From positions 6,365-66,405 of the forward strand of contig NW_003314421.1 in assembly GCF_000143415.4 (NCBI RefSeq): DNA of 60,041 nucleotides, given 5' to 3'. Position 1 is the stretch's first letter; the number at the start of each line of letters is the position of its first letter. The notes below the pieces were generated by a model. That model worked only from the letters and a program-made list of their open reading frames with translations, was not told the DNA's origin and searched no databases. Position numbers and translations under genes: made by a program. The stretch is from Selaginella moellendorffii (Eukaryota; Plantae; Lycopodiophyta). Positions 20,302 to 33,834 of the stretch are shown in pieces.

Positions 20302-23300
20302 TCAGACTGTTATTTTTTGCCTCCAACGCCTATACAATAATCTTGGAATTTCATCACTCTCCACACTATCAGGATTTAAACCCAATAGAAATGCCATCTC
20401 TTCTCTAATACGTCCACGCTCACGTTCAGTGGTCGAAGAACCCATCCGGTTGAGCAGATTATGGAGATGCGGATAGTGCTTGGCTAGACAATATACATGC
20501 CATAAATGATGACTAGTGTCTGTCCGATCAAATGGCTTCTGATATACCGTTCCATCTGCCATTTGGTTGATTTCTGCAGCCACCTCCTGGACTGGCCGGT
20601 TCTCTATCACCATCGCTTCAAGCCGCTTTGCAAGGTCCCCCAGAACATACGGTTTCTTCTCCCTAGTTTCCATACTGCAAGAGATGGGGTGCACTGCATA
20701 TGTGTGCGTGTTCGCTGCAGTTTTAATCGGAGAGTCATCGATGATGAGGATTTCACTTGACCTAGCAGTCCGGTTCATCACTACAGCCTCTGGCTTGACG
20801 AAGATGGGCTTGCTACCCCTCACATGGACCATAGTCAAACAATCCTTCTGCGTTAGGAGAAAGTCAAATGGTAATATTACTCGCGTCTGATCGTGCATCA
20901 TCTGTAGCAACGTTAATGCATTGTGGCGCATCATGGATGTCCAAACTCCCAATTGCAAATTGAACCCGGCCCTCTGTTTTAAGTGTCGCATGGTCATTAT
21001 TAGATCCCGCAGTTTCTCCCGTGTGATTAATGTGAATCTGTCTCTTTTGACCAACTTGCGACCGCAGGCTTTGGAGGGTGCAGTGACATTCGAGGACGAG
21101 CCACGCTCATGGGAGAAAAGGACACCGTTCAGATCAAAAACGATACAGTACTTTCGCCGTGACTCTGAAATGAAATGCGTCAGCATAAAAAATGGTACAA
21201 GTCAATTTTACCATCTACAATATTAGCGAATGGTACTCCCGATGGTCGTTCAGAGGGTTTTGGTCGAGGAAACGTGAAGGGCGGAAATACTCTCCTCTGC
21301 AATGTGGGGTCAATCGCATCCGATGGCGTGTGGGCACATGCCATTTCAGCTGTAGACTCTGGTACAACTGGCTCAACAGTGGCATGGGGTGGTTCCGATG
21401 GCGTGTGATCACACGCCATTTCAGCTAGTGCCTCCGTTGGCAAAGTGGACATGACCGAACAGGCAGCAGGGGCGGTGTAGGGTGGTTCCAACGGCGCGTA
21501 GTCAGACGATTGGGCACACGTTGAGTCCGTTGGAAATGAGGATACGACCGGCTCGGCGGCTGGGGCGGCCTCATGCGGGTCCAATGGCGCCTGGTCACCG
21601 TCAGTTGGATACGTGGACAAGATTGACTCAGTGGTATGGGCAGCATCAAGTGGAGCGTGGTCAGCTTGCTTGGCGTTGATATGGATAGTAGCCTCCACCA
21701 GCTTTGATGACTCTTGCAGGCAAGTAGAGTCCATTGGCGGATCCATATGCATGTCCAAATATCTCCCTTCGATTGAGATGGTATCCTCCCTACTGGCTAC
21801 TAAAAACAAACTCATTAGCACATTGAATCGACTATACTGTACTTACCATCAAGTGCTATTGGGCGCACTGCTGATTCTGAAGGATTGGACATACGTTTCG
21901 ACCCTTGCTTGGCACTATCCTTCCTCGACACTAAAGGCTAGAGTTTGTATCTTAATTCAACTGAATAATCTCTACTTACCATTTCTTCTGCGACCTACAT
22001 GGACAATGTTAGAAATGGTAAAAGGTTAGGAATGGATGTACTATTATTTACCTGATGGTTTGTCTTGTATGACCTTCCTCCGCTGCTCTTTGGCCACCTC
22101 AGGCTGGCCATCGTCGTCATCATCGTCATCGTCGTTATTGTGATCGTCACCATTGTGAGGACCATCCAAGTCCTCTTCGTCCTCCTCTTCTTCGTCCTCC
22201 TCTTCTTCGTCCTCCTCTTCTTCGTCCTCCTCTTCTTTGTCCTCCTCTTTGTCCTTCTGCTCTTCCTGCTCATTATCTTTCTCTGGCTCCTCATCCCCCT
22301 CCTGCATTTCTTCCATAGGCTGCTCAGGCTGGATGGCTTGTTTTTCCAGGACCATCTTGGGAAAATCATCTGGCCGAGTCTCCATCTCAAAATACAAGAC
22401 ATCCATAGCCTGTTTTAGTGCTTGACCTAGGACCGTATCCTCACGCGACTGTCTTAACATGGTTTCTGCACGTTCTTGCACCCTTCGAAGACGACGAGAT
22501 GAGAAAAACGTGGCCCTGACTTGAAAAGCATCCCTCATCCATTGTACCTCTCCATTGAGATTGGGGAAGGGGAGTCCGCCATAGGAATCTGAGTCAGAAG
22601 GTGGTGACTGGCTCCTTTCACTCAGCCCTTGATCTGCAATGAATGGCATGAGCACACACGCCATAACCGCGAGGCATTACCTATCATCTTTTCGTTACCC
22701 TTCTTCCTTTTCGAATCAAACGCCTCTGATCCCGACGACTGTCCAACGTGCTTTCGCTTTTTATGACCACTGTCAGTTTGAGCTTGGCTGGTGTTTGCCT
22801 GTTTTGCCTTTGAAGAAGTGTCTCCTGCAAGGAATGGCATGAGACCACACGCCATTGCAAATATAATTTGTACCTCCTTTTTTCCTATTGCTTGTCTGTT
22901 TGTCCTTCTTCGACGCGCCACCAGTGCGCTTTTCAGTCCTCGTGTCTGAATATTCACAACGATCTATAATCAAAATGGCGTGAGGCCTCACGTGACCTTA
23001 CCTTGTGCAGGTTGTGAGCTCGGCCTAACATCAGTAGCTGTTAACGCCGTTTCAGCATCTGGGGGTGGCCACGCTCCTGCATATAGAGCTTGTGAGATAA
23101 CATTTAAACTTAAAGTGCGTACTCACCAGGTTCGTAGAGAAGATACTGTTTTTCTTTGGCAACTGTAATTATATGCTCCATTGAAGTCACCTCTTCAATG
23201 GAGTTTGTCACCGCAACACACGGGACACCCTTGAGTAGTGCGGCTCGAAAGAATAGTCTGCCGCAGTTGTACTCGACAACGCATTTGCCCTTGGAGTCAC

Positions 23301-25910
23301 CCGCTATTGCGTTGAAGACCTAGCTGAGCATTTCCCATGCTGCACCTGGAGCTTTCTTTGGATTCGAAAGCTCCATAGCCGTCTTCAGTTCCTCAGGCAC
23401 GGGTAAATTGACCTCCCTCAGATCAATTCGATCGGCCTTGTCGAACGAAGCTGGGAAGTCACTCCAGTCCCACTCTGCTGCAGGACCAATAACAAGGGCG
23501 AGTGTGAAGATGCGGACATTCGTCGGTATCTTCTTCTTAGCCATTATACCATGGATCTCCTGCATCTCCTTGCCTTTCAACCGAGCCTTCACCTCGTTCA
23601 AGGCCTTCCAGAACTTGTGATAGGATTCGGAGTCGTAGATCATATAGTGGACTGAAGATTCCACCTCCGCAAGTCCCACCATTAAGTCAATGATGGAGCT
23701 GACTTCGTCTGCATGAGTGATCTCCTCGTTTGTGAAGTCCATCACACAAAAGATGTTCTTGACCTGCTCATCTCCGCGGGAAACGATGCTCCTCCACCTT
23801 TGATCCTCATCCGAATTCACGTATACCCGGTAAGGTTCTTGATAGGCCTCTGCTGCGGGGTCGAGCTGTTTCTGAAGCCGGCGGTCGACATCCCTCTTAA
23901 TGAAATTTGGATACTGATCCAACTTCTCAGCTTTACTTTTCGTGGCATCCCGCAGCAGATCGATGAACTTGGGGGCCCCCTTCACGTACTCGTCGATGTC
24001 TTCATTTGACAAGTCCAGCTCTTCCATCATCTCTTGCGTGGTGTCGATGCTCACCCTCTCCACGGCCACTTGTTCGAAGATCCAATCCTTCAATAGCGCA
24101 CGAGCTCTCAGAGTCGTGCACAAGTCCTCGTATGTCACAATATGGCCGGGAGTCATTTTGGTCTTGTTGAAGCCTACCTCACCACGTAGAAGAGCATTAG
24201 CCACTGTCAGAAGGTCGTCGTCGTCTAGAGACCGCGAGAAACGCAAGGCGTTGAGCTTCAAATCATTGGGCTTCCGGCCGTCCTCCACACCCATTGAGTT
24301 TAGCAACTCCCCGTCATGGTACTTCCTCAGCACATCTACCCATTTGTCAAAAACAACTTTTGTCGCGAGTAGAATGTTATGGATGCTGAGTGTGTCATTG
24401 ACCCCCAGTGTTTTCGAGAGAAGACTCGAGAATTCCTGCAATAGAAATGGCGTGAGGCCACATGCTATGCCACATGCAACGAGGCTTACCTGCCAGGCGC
24501 TAGTTGCTAGTGCACATCCTTGTCCTAGTTTTTGTGGCTTCTTCAGTTGAACCCAGAGCTTCCGTGTTTGTGCCAATGTCTCGTGCAGACCCGATTTGTA
24601 GCACGTTTCTTGCTTGACATTCTGCGCGTGGGAGATGTATATGATAGATCGGAGGGGCGAGTTGCCTTTTATCAGGCGGACAAATCTTGTCTTGAAGACT
24701 TTCTTCACCTCCTCGCCCACCATAATATCCACAACTATCTATTGCATCGCCAAGCTAGAATGCTGCCCGGAGACGGCATAGAACCGGACGTTCTGATCGT
24801 CCAACACCTTCCTATTGATCAAGTCTGGAAACCTCGTCTCGCCCTTCATTGTTCGGTAGTAGGGGATCACGTCTGCGATGTCGGGTGTTACTGGACTTGC
24901 CAGCATCTTCTGCTTCAGTTTCTCCACCCACTCATCAGATACTAGCCTGTGGTTGTATTTGCTTTGGATGTCGATACGGCTCACGTCGATTGTATATACT
25001 TTGTTGGAATAGTAACAACTACTATTATCTGCGACGATTTTTGCTGCCTCTTCTTGCTCTTTCTGCTCTTTGCGGCTCTTCTTTTTGGTGGGTGTAGTGT
25101 TCAAACCCGAGGCAATGGCATCACCGAGTAGCTTCTTTTTTGGAGCAGCAGAGTCAGACGTCGGCTTGAGCTTGACCACCCTTTTCTGCTTCGGGGTAGT
25201 TTCCAGATCGACCCCCTTCCCCTTCGCTTCGCAAACTGGAGGCACTCTCAACGGCTCAATGTTGGAATATAGTTTTTGAACATCGCCGTAGGTGAGGTCC
25301 GTGGATTCCATGTGATCTTCATAGACCCGCAACGTCTTTGAAATTGTGGGCCTCCTGGACAACCTCTCCCTAGCTCCCTCTAGGAATTCCTGATAGCCGC
25401 TGCCCCCCTCCGGGAAGCCGCTAGGATGTGCAAGGTGGATCTTGAAGGCGGACGCTGTCTCTACCACAAGTGCCAGTCCATATTCTTGCATGGAACTGCA
25501 TGGAGTGTCTGTCACTTGGATGAGGATCCCCATGCATTCTTTTCTCCCACCATCTGTGTTGTACAGCATCAGATCCTCGCCTTCCATCCCGAAAGTCCAA
25601 CTGGTGAGCTCCTCCCCCTTCTCTGCATCCACATTGACAGTGGCTGGAAGAAGAACGCAATTCCTCGCCTGTTCAGAAATGCACAACAATTAGAGCTGAC
25701 AGATGAAAAGCTAGCAGCTGGAAATAACGTGAGGCCACACGCCATTCACCACTGCATCAGATGTCTTGAGGCTGCATCCTAAGATGGCGTGAGGCTACAC
25801 GCCATCTGTAACCGGACTGCACTCGAGAGCCCAATCGGTGCATGCCAATGTTGCTACTGAATGGCATGTGGCCTCATGCCATTTTCTACTTGGCCTAAAA
25901 GACTTACCAT
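20302..25910 (-). pseudogene. Cargo gene copy 2 (ParB-like / MTase-like / acidic / FCP1-like); exon structure uninterrupted but TAG stops at 24739 and 23320
   Basis: Same splice sites as copy 1. Stops arise from CAG>TAG and TGG>TAG. Confidence 0.8.
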
Positions 25911-27534
25911 TTGAAGCCGAATGGAGGCCGTGACAATCGAGGCTGGACTCGCTGGCGAATGTGCACTGTGTGTGCAGCGGATCGTAGCAGCAAGGCTACT
26001 CTGCCACTTACAGTTGGAGAGTGGCGCTGAAATCTCCCGGGACGCCAAGTGGGCTGCGTGTGGGTGGCGGAGTGGGCGGCGGAGTTGGCGGCGAAGTTAC
26101 AAACTGGGTGTGTCTTGAAGTGGACGCCGATGCACACGAGCGCGATGCGAGTGCGAGTGTGATGCAAGCGCGAGTGGATGCCGATGCACACGAGAAACCT
26201 GTAGAGAAGGCGCGAATGTGAGCATGATCGCGAGTGGGAGCGCGATGCGAGCGTGAGTGTGATGCAAGCGCGAGTGCGAGTGTGATGCGAGCGCGAGCGC
26301 GAGTGTGCGAGCGCGAGTACGGAGCAAAATGCAAAACCTAACCTCACACGCGCGAAATGTCACAACGGTTGGTAATCCCGCCACGTCATCATTCCTCGGA
26401 CTTGGGCGCCACCATTAATTTCTGGATTGCCGCGCGCATGCAAGCACGCAAAATCCAAAAGAAATCCGCAACGTCATCATTCCTCGGACTGCATGCACGC
26501 GAAATCCAAAAGAAAGATCATGATTGGGATATCATTTAATACCCTCGCTATATTTATACCATGCATGATTGGATATTCCAAAGCATCTTGTATTTCCAAA
26601 AATGGCAGATGTTCAGCTAAATAAAGAAATTCTATCTGTTTCTATTTTTCTCTCAAATCAATATTATAGCGTGTGGGCTCATGCAATTTTGAACCAAAGA
26701 AACCCAAAAAACGTTGAACCCAAAATAATTTGAAAAAACCCAAAAAACCCTAAACATTTTAAACCCAAAAATCCAGGCGTCCTGTGGCGTTATTCCTTGA
26801 ATGGCGTGTGGGCGCATGCCATTTTCAGGGCCAAATGTTGAATGGAGAAAAATTCCCTTTCAGTGCAAATGCTGCAAGAGGCAGATGCGGAGCACAAAGG
26901 ACTGTAACTACCTCACATGACACAGATAAAATTTTCTCTATTTGGCAAAGATAAACTTTATAGCGTGTGGGCTCATGCAATTTTGAACCCAAAAAATGCA
27001 CCAAAAAATTCTCGGCGTCATCTGGCGTTATCTCTTGAATGGCGTGGGGCCGCATGCCATTTTCAGGGGCACATAGGAGTATATTCCTAGAATATTCTGA
27101 CATGCGCGAGATTTTTTTGAGTTTTCTGGAGATCCAACCGTTAAATCGCAACTAGATTTTACAGAATGGTATACAATATCTTTCTTGATAACTCTGCAAA
27201 GAAGCATCTCGATCGGACACCACATAAGACCACACGAGCCTTACAATGTTTCAGGGGCATTTGCTATAGATCCGACCGTTATTTTTCTCCAAGATTTTAC
27301 AGTTTGGTGTGCATTGACCTTTCCATCGACACTGCAAAGGGACATTACAATCAGATGCGGGATCACAAGAAACTAACTTCACTAACTCTGGTTTCACCAA
27401 GATCTACGTAAGGAGTTATGAAATGAAAGGACCCTCTCTATTGAAATGTGTTTATGGTCCTAGGGGCATTGTGACATATCAAAGGATTTTGCATCAAGTT
27501 CTGTATTTGCATGTTTATCAAGCTACTGAATTGT

Positions 27535-27567
27535 TAAACCCTAAACCCTAAACCCTAAACCCTAAAC
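27535..27567. repeat. Interstitial plant telomere repeat (CCCTAAA)4 / telobox array inside the transposon
   Basis: TAAACCCTAAACCCTAAACCCTAAACCCTAAAC; also at 53020-53052. Confidence 0.9.
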
Positions 27568-28759
27568 ATGTGGCAAATGCTGCGTGAAGAAAGATGCCCT
27601 TTCTGGGCAAATGCTGTAAGAGGCAGATGCCGAGCAGATGTATCTCAGGCTAGCGAAGGGGACAAACGAAAGCTAGCTATAAACATGACGGGATGCAAAT
27701 AGATTACTAGGCTGGTCCTACGAAAATCAAAAACCATAATTGAAAACATTGAAAATGCAAAAAGAAAGGTTTATAATATTTTTGAATTTTAAGCAACCAA
27801 AGGAATGTAAGTAGGGCATGTGTTTGTAAGTTTAAAAATGCCTCAACCACTTAAATTCCCAAGTAAATAAAGCTGTTTCTATTTTTGGTACAGGTAAACT
27901 TTATAGCGTGTGGGCTCATGCAATTTTGAACCCAAAAATGCACCAAAAAATGCTCGACTAGCATTATTCTTTGAATGGCGTGTGGCCTTATGTCGAGCAT
28001 TATTCTTTGAATGGCGTGTGGCCTTATATTGCCATAAATGGACGTACACACACAGCATAATTATTCCTTTACACGGCGAATAATCTTGGCGCGGATCGCT
28101 GACATGGCATGGCAAAGTTCGAATCACTGACATGGCACAGCTGGATCGAGGCAAGGACATGATGTGACAAAGTTCAACCTCCGACAGCAAAGTCTAGAAG
28201 CTACTCAATTTGAAATTTGTCAGAGGAATCATAAGATCTGGTTTGTCAGAGGATTTGATGTGACGTTCAAGCGTGTGTTATTTTTGAATTCTCGAACTCA
28301 TTCCTAGGTCTATCATTTTTGTGCGCCGTGTTCTTGGTTCCGCTGAGCGCAGTGAGCGCTGCTTGTGTAAGCGGCGTTGTGGGCTGTGGTTTATGCGTCT
28401 ACGAGCGGTTGCGGCATTGTGAGCGCCATTGCGAGCGGCAGTTTATGCGAGTGGCAGTTTGTGCGAGCGGCGCTACGAGCAGTTGCGGTGTTGCGAGCGG
28501 CGCTACGAGTAGTTGCGGTGTTGCGAGCGGCACTGTCTTTGGTGTGGCTACCGCTTCCTCTTGATATTCGGCACTTGTGCTTCCTGGTATGTTCACCATG
28601 GAATGGCTTAGGACCACATTTAGAAATGGCATGAGGCCACATGCCATCTTGGGCCCTTGCAATTTCATGGCTAGTGTATTGTCATGTATGTTTTTACTTG
28701 CCTGCAGCTGTGTGTATATCAAGATGGCATGAGGCCTCATGCCATCTTTAGCCCCTACT

Positions 28760-28859
28760 NNNNNNNNNNNNNNNNNNNNNNNNNNNNNNNNNNNNNNNNN
28801 NNNNNNNNNNNNNNNNNNNNNNNNNNNNNNNNNNNNNNNNNNNNNNNNNNNNNNNNNNN
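28760..28859. other. Assembly gap (100 N)
   Basis: Run of N. Confidence 1.
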
Positions 28860-29158
28860 ATTTTTGTATGGGTGACTAGTCACGCACACAAAAATATATA
28901 CAGTTGCAGCAAGGCAAAAGGAATATAGCAACAGGCTAGCAGGGGCCAAAGATAGCGTGAGGCCTCATGCCATTAGTGCCACTAATGGCATGAGGGCTCA
29001 TGCCAATTTTGTGAATGCGAAATTTCACGTGGGTGTCAATAGCATGTTTGAATAATGGCATGTGGCCTCATGCTATTGAGGTTGTTTGGTATGTTATGAT
29101 TTAGGCCATTCTCCAATCATTTTTTGTATGGTCTTAACTTCTTTTCTGCACTTTCAGA

Positions 29159-32100
29159 ATGGCCTTCAGGGTTGGGGAAAAGGTTTACATTTTGAATGGT
29201 GGGAAGAGAGTTGCAAAAGGGACCCTTGTGTCTATGGATCGGAACTTTGTTATACACTGTCAAAGGCTTGGGGAAGGCAATGCTGCTGTATCAGTAGAGA
29301 CTGTCTTCGATGGGAATGTGGTCGCTATTGAACGAGGAGAGATGGTCGTCGGGGTAAATGTTGTTGTTGCCTTGAAAAATCTTCAGAAGAAAGCAGATGT
29401 TGGGGACAGCGCAAGTGCGACGCATGTTCCCTCCGTGGATCTTAAGAACCGTGCTACATGGATTCAAGCAAAGGTGTTTCTAAACAACCCCGAGGGGGAG
29501 GTGGTAGCTGAGGGCTTAGCCACAGTTGTCGATCCAAGAGATGCGGTTGCTAATTAAGAATTGGGCTGGGATGATATTGGAGTTGCGATTTTAGAGGTTG
29601 TTGACACAGAAAAAAACAGTCTGACTATTGGAAGCATTGTGCGGTGGAAATTGAGGCACTTAGTGTTTGAGAATGTGAAGGATTCACAATCAAACACCAC
29701 TACAACTGATGACAGAACATCTCTTCATGGGAAAAGAAAGTACACCTTCCTAAAGCACAGCCAAAGGGATCTGAGCAACGAACCGAAAAGGCAGAAAATG
29801 GCGATGGAGGTTCGAATGGTCTTAACAGTTGCTTGTTGCAAGAGGAGGTGCTGTCAACATGCTGATTGGGATGCTATTGAAGAGGAGAGAGCAAGATACA
29901 AGACATTGTCCTGGAAGGCAGCTCGCAATTTTGTGTATGAGGCATTACGGTCATTTGTTGATGCTTCAGAACATCAGGTGGGGGGCATGGTCTTCCAGAG
30001 GGGTTTGGTCTGCATGAAGGCATGGAGAATCATTTATGGAGTCCCTCGAAGCACATTCTACAGAATCAAAACTGAGTTCGAAGAACAAAGGGTTCAACAG
30101 GCAGTCCATGAGAACAACGGTACGCGCAAAACCAGGGGTCATGTTGTATATGGAGAGGCAATCTTCAAGAGGTTTGTCGAGACATATAGCGAGCAGCAAC
30201 CACATAAAACCCGCCTCTTGGAAGATGGAACACGAGACACCCAACGAGTTCTCCCTTCCATGTATACCAAGGGGGCCATATTGGAATATGTGAATCGGGA
30301 ACTCCAGAGTAATGGCTACAGGAAGCTGAGTCAATCTAGATTTAGTAGATTGTGGAGCAACAGGTTCAGGGATGTGAGTATAGGAAAGTACTCCAGCTTT
30401 TCAAAGTGTGACGAGTGCACTGCTATCAAAATGGCTTTGTCGAAGAATTCTTGCAGCGCTCAAGAGCGAGAGACGTTGGTTAGAAGGCGGCTCGACCACA
30501 ACATCGAGCAGAGAAGCTGCAGGACTGCATATTATCATAACAGGATTCTCTCCATGGAGAGACCTGACTCTTACCTCTGCATCATCCACGACAAAATGGA
30601 CCAGAAAAAGACATGCTTACCTCGACTCAATCCTGCCCCCAAGGCAATCTCTTCATCCATACAGCTGCCTATGTCTCTGTTTGGCATAATTGCTCATGGG
30701 CATGGTGCCCAGAACTATGGGAACTTCTTTGTACCTCTATGGGGTGGCGGGGGTGCAAACATGATGATTGCGTCCCTAGCAAAACACTTAAGGTCTCTGC
30801 AAAGTGCGCAGACTGAGCTGAACGGCCAACCCTTGCATAAGGCCCTTGTCGATCGAACCCCATACAGGGTTCAGCTGGAGGAGGAGCAAAGGCTTGCAGT
30901 ATCGCGTGGGGCCCCATGCCATCCCAGTGAATATGTTGGCCGTCAGATTGTAGGGTTATCACGTGAGGCCTCATGCCATTCCGACGAGGCTGGTCGCCCG
31001 GTGAATGCACAGCCTCATCCAAACGAAGCAGAATCTCAAGGAAGTTCTTGCGGCCGATGTGGCCTTCCACCCCATCTTCTGCTCCAAACAGACAATGCTG
31101 GCAGTGAGAACAAAAACATGTACGTCTTCGCGTACTTGGCGATGCTTGTTGCCAAAGGCATATTTGAAACGGTTACACTTGGCTTTCTCATGGTTGGGCA
31201 CACTCATGAAGACGTGGATGCCATGTTCAGTCACCTGGCAGAGTCCCTCCGGCGATCCAATGTCCTCACCCTCCCACAACTCTACGATGAATTCCAAAAT
31301 TGCATCAAAGGCACTGTTGAAGCTGCACTTCTGACAGAGGTTCCAGACTTTAAGGGGTTTGTAAGAGGCTACATTAGGGACGGATCCGAAATGCTGATTA
31401 GCCACTCCAAGCCTCTTCAGTTTCATTTCAGCATGCGTGACGGTGCTCCAGTGATGAGGTACAAGATGAGAGAATGGGACACAGTGTGGCTGCCAGTGGA
31501 CGGCATTGAACTCTTCAAGAGAGATCCCATAACTGGGGAACCTATGATTCCTCAGGGTTCCCCACGGCCGATGCACCCGGATGGACTCAAAGACCAGGAA
31601 AGTATAGTGGCCGGGATTAGACAGCATATTGCCTTCTGGAAGAGGGGGTTGGTGTTTGGTGGAGAATCCTATTTTCAGAGGTGCAAGCCTTTGCTCGAAT
31701 ACTGGGAGAAGATTATATCTGCTATCCAAAATGGGCCGGTTGTATATGAAGAATTGGAAGAGTCCTTTTGGCCAGAACCCAGAGCACCAGATAGTAGCGG
31801 AACAATGTCCTCTGGAAATGCAGTGACAGATAACGATGTTGAGGATCATTATTGTGGGCCGAGGAACAAGAAGCCGGATTCAGCATTCAATCCAGTACAG
31901 GTCTGCAAAGGAATGGTCGTGCTTGTCAGACCCAGTAATAAAAAACAAATGATATGGGTGGGGCGCTGCATCACTGATGCAGAGGAGGACGCGGAAACTA
32001 ACTCCTTCAATGTAACTGTGGAGTGGTTCAAGCCAAGTTCCGGATATACGAAGGATTGCCTAGAAAAGAGATGGGTGTTGAATCCAAGGGATCCCAGCAT

Positions 32101-32300
32101 GAGCATATCGGTGGATAATGTTGTGCATGGTTGGATGCGGAAGCAGAGTGCCACCATCACCTTGCCAGACCATGCAAGAGATGCAGCAAGAGCATTCATA
32201 ACCCGGGTTCAAGGTGAGATTCATTAATATTCCTTTACTAAGTTTCTAATGTATTTTATTTCAAGGTGAACAATCCGAATCTGAATCAGAGGAGGCGTGA
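29159..32300 (+). pseudogene. Sola-like DDD transposase (~1030 aa), single CAA>TAA stop at 29555; probable terminal intron 32214-32265
   Basis: KCDEC..H zinc motif, IIHDKMDQKK, LQTDNAGSENKN, FLMVGHTHEDVDAMFS. The stop codon is CAA in copy 3. Element has TIRs and a 4-bp TSD. Confidence 0.85.
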
Positions 32301-33834
32301 TGGCATGTGGCCTTACGCCATTCCTAGGTGAGATGATACAAATAACAAGTATAAATTCTTAGTTGTTCTAGCAAATCTTACTTAAAGTTCAAGGTGAACA
32401 AGCCGAATATGAATTCATCGGATTGTTATAACAAATTGCGAGGTGATGGCATGAGGTGATACACCATTTGAGAGTGGTAGCCATTCTTATATGAGGTGAG
32501 TGAAATATTTATTAGAAATACCTCATTCAATTGTGCACTTCTAAGTCTTGGTCCACTCAGTACTGTTTGCATGTTTTTATTTTAATTCTTTCTCTAAAAT
32601 GTTATTTAGCATGTGGCTTCATGCCATTGCTCTCCACAATCATGCATTGAATTTTTCTATCCTTGCATAATACTTCTCCATATATATAGCATGTGCGCAC
32701 ATGTGATATGGTTCATTAGGCCTGATATAGTGTGTGAGGTAAAACAAAGATGATGTGACATATGCATTTACCAATCACACGTGCATAAATCTAATAATAT
32801 GGGCCACACGCCATATTATTAGATTTATTGTACCATCATTCCCTTGCAGCGTGTGTGTTGGTTTCCTTTTATAACACAACGAACTCCATATTTTAGGGTG
32901 AAGAGCGTTCTCATGGCAAGCACAAAATCTGTAAGTGAGGCAGAAAAGGAGACGGAGAAGGAGATAGGTGAAGATGTAGAATATATAAGTCTTCCAAACT
33001 CCCCGTACTATACTCCAGGTGATCATTTTTCTGAACAAACAGCAACATTAACAACTATCGAGAACGCCCCAGTAACGTCAGAGACAACAATCCAAAGCAA
33101 AACAACTGACCCGGAGAAGGATGATAGTACCGCTGAGAGTACCAAAAAGGAGGTGTCCACTAGCGCTTAGGCTTATAATGGCGTGTGCCCTCATGCCATT
33201 TACTTGATCACCAAATACCTTTTTCCCTTTGCACTAGTATATCTTAATACCGGTCTGAGAAATAGAATGGCATGTGCCCTCAGGCCTTTTACTAAATCAC
33301 CTTTGAAAGAAATGCAAGCCTCTATGTCGTAAAAAAAAGGTACTAGAGAAATTCCTTAATAATATGAATGTTATTTAGTTTCATGAAAATACACTAAGGG
33401 TCAAATGAGTTAAACGACTTCTCCAGACTAGCAATGCCTCTTGCTACACCTTCACAATTAGATTCGTTAGAAAAAGATAACATTGAATAATATCTAAATG
33501 TTCTCACCATTAAGTTATATGTCTAGCTAATAGGAATGACGTTCATCTTGGAAAGCTCACCACACGCTCAATGAACAAACAAATAATGTGTGCGTGCATG
33601 CCATCGCTCTTCTTTAGCTTCAGATTCGACTTGTTCACCTTGACAATGAGATTTATTATACAACCAGATGGACTCAATCTGGACACAAAGTCACCGCGCT
33701 AGTCACCATGCCCCAGATATGTCTAGCCCCTGGACAAAAAACATATAATTTCACGTCATTTTCAAATACTTGAAAATTTGTACCTAGTCCCATTTTACTG
33801 AATAAATCCCACTTTAACGAAATAGAGCTTATAA

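Larger units (their letters stand above)
19860..33830 (+). mobile_element. Complete ~14-kb Sola-like (Sola1-type) DNA transposon, copy 2
   Basis: Perfect 24-bp TIRs AAGCTCTATTTCGTTAAAGTGGGA (19860-19883 / 33807-33830). 4-bp TSD ATAA (19856-19859 / 33831-33834). Removal restores gypsy RT ...TRYGSYEFLIMPFG. Encodes a DDD transposase. Confidence 0.93.

Noticed and set aside
1-26370. Copies 1 and 2 as the arms of one giant inverted-repeat element
   Set aside because: Copy 2 has its own TIR pair and TSD inside gypsy C, so these are independent insertions in opposite orientation.
27535-27567. True chromosome end
   Set aside because: Only four units, internal to the transposon and duplicated with it.
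30900-30954. Possible intron around the palindromes in the transposase
   Set aside because: The ORF is open through it, and the candidate GT donor is AT in copy 3a.
30971-31849. 292-aa antisense ORF and many other 60-200 aa antisense ORFs
   Set aside because: They are shadows of the real transposase, pol or cargo frames, with no motifs.
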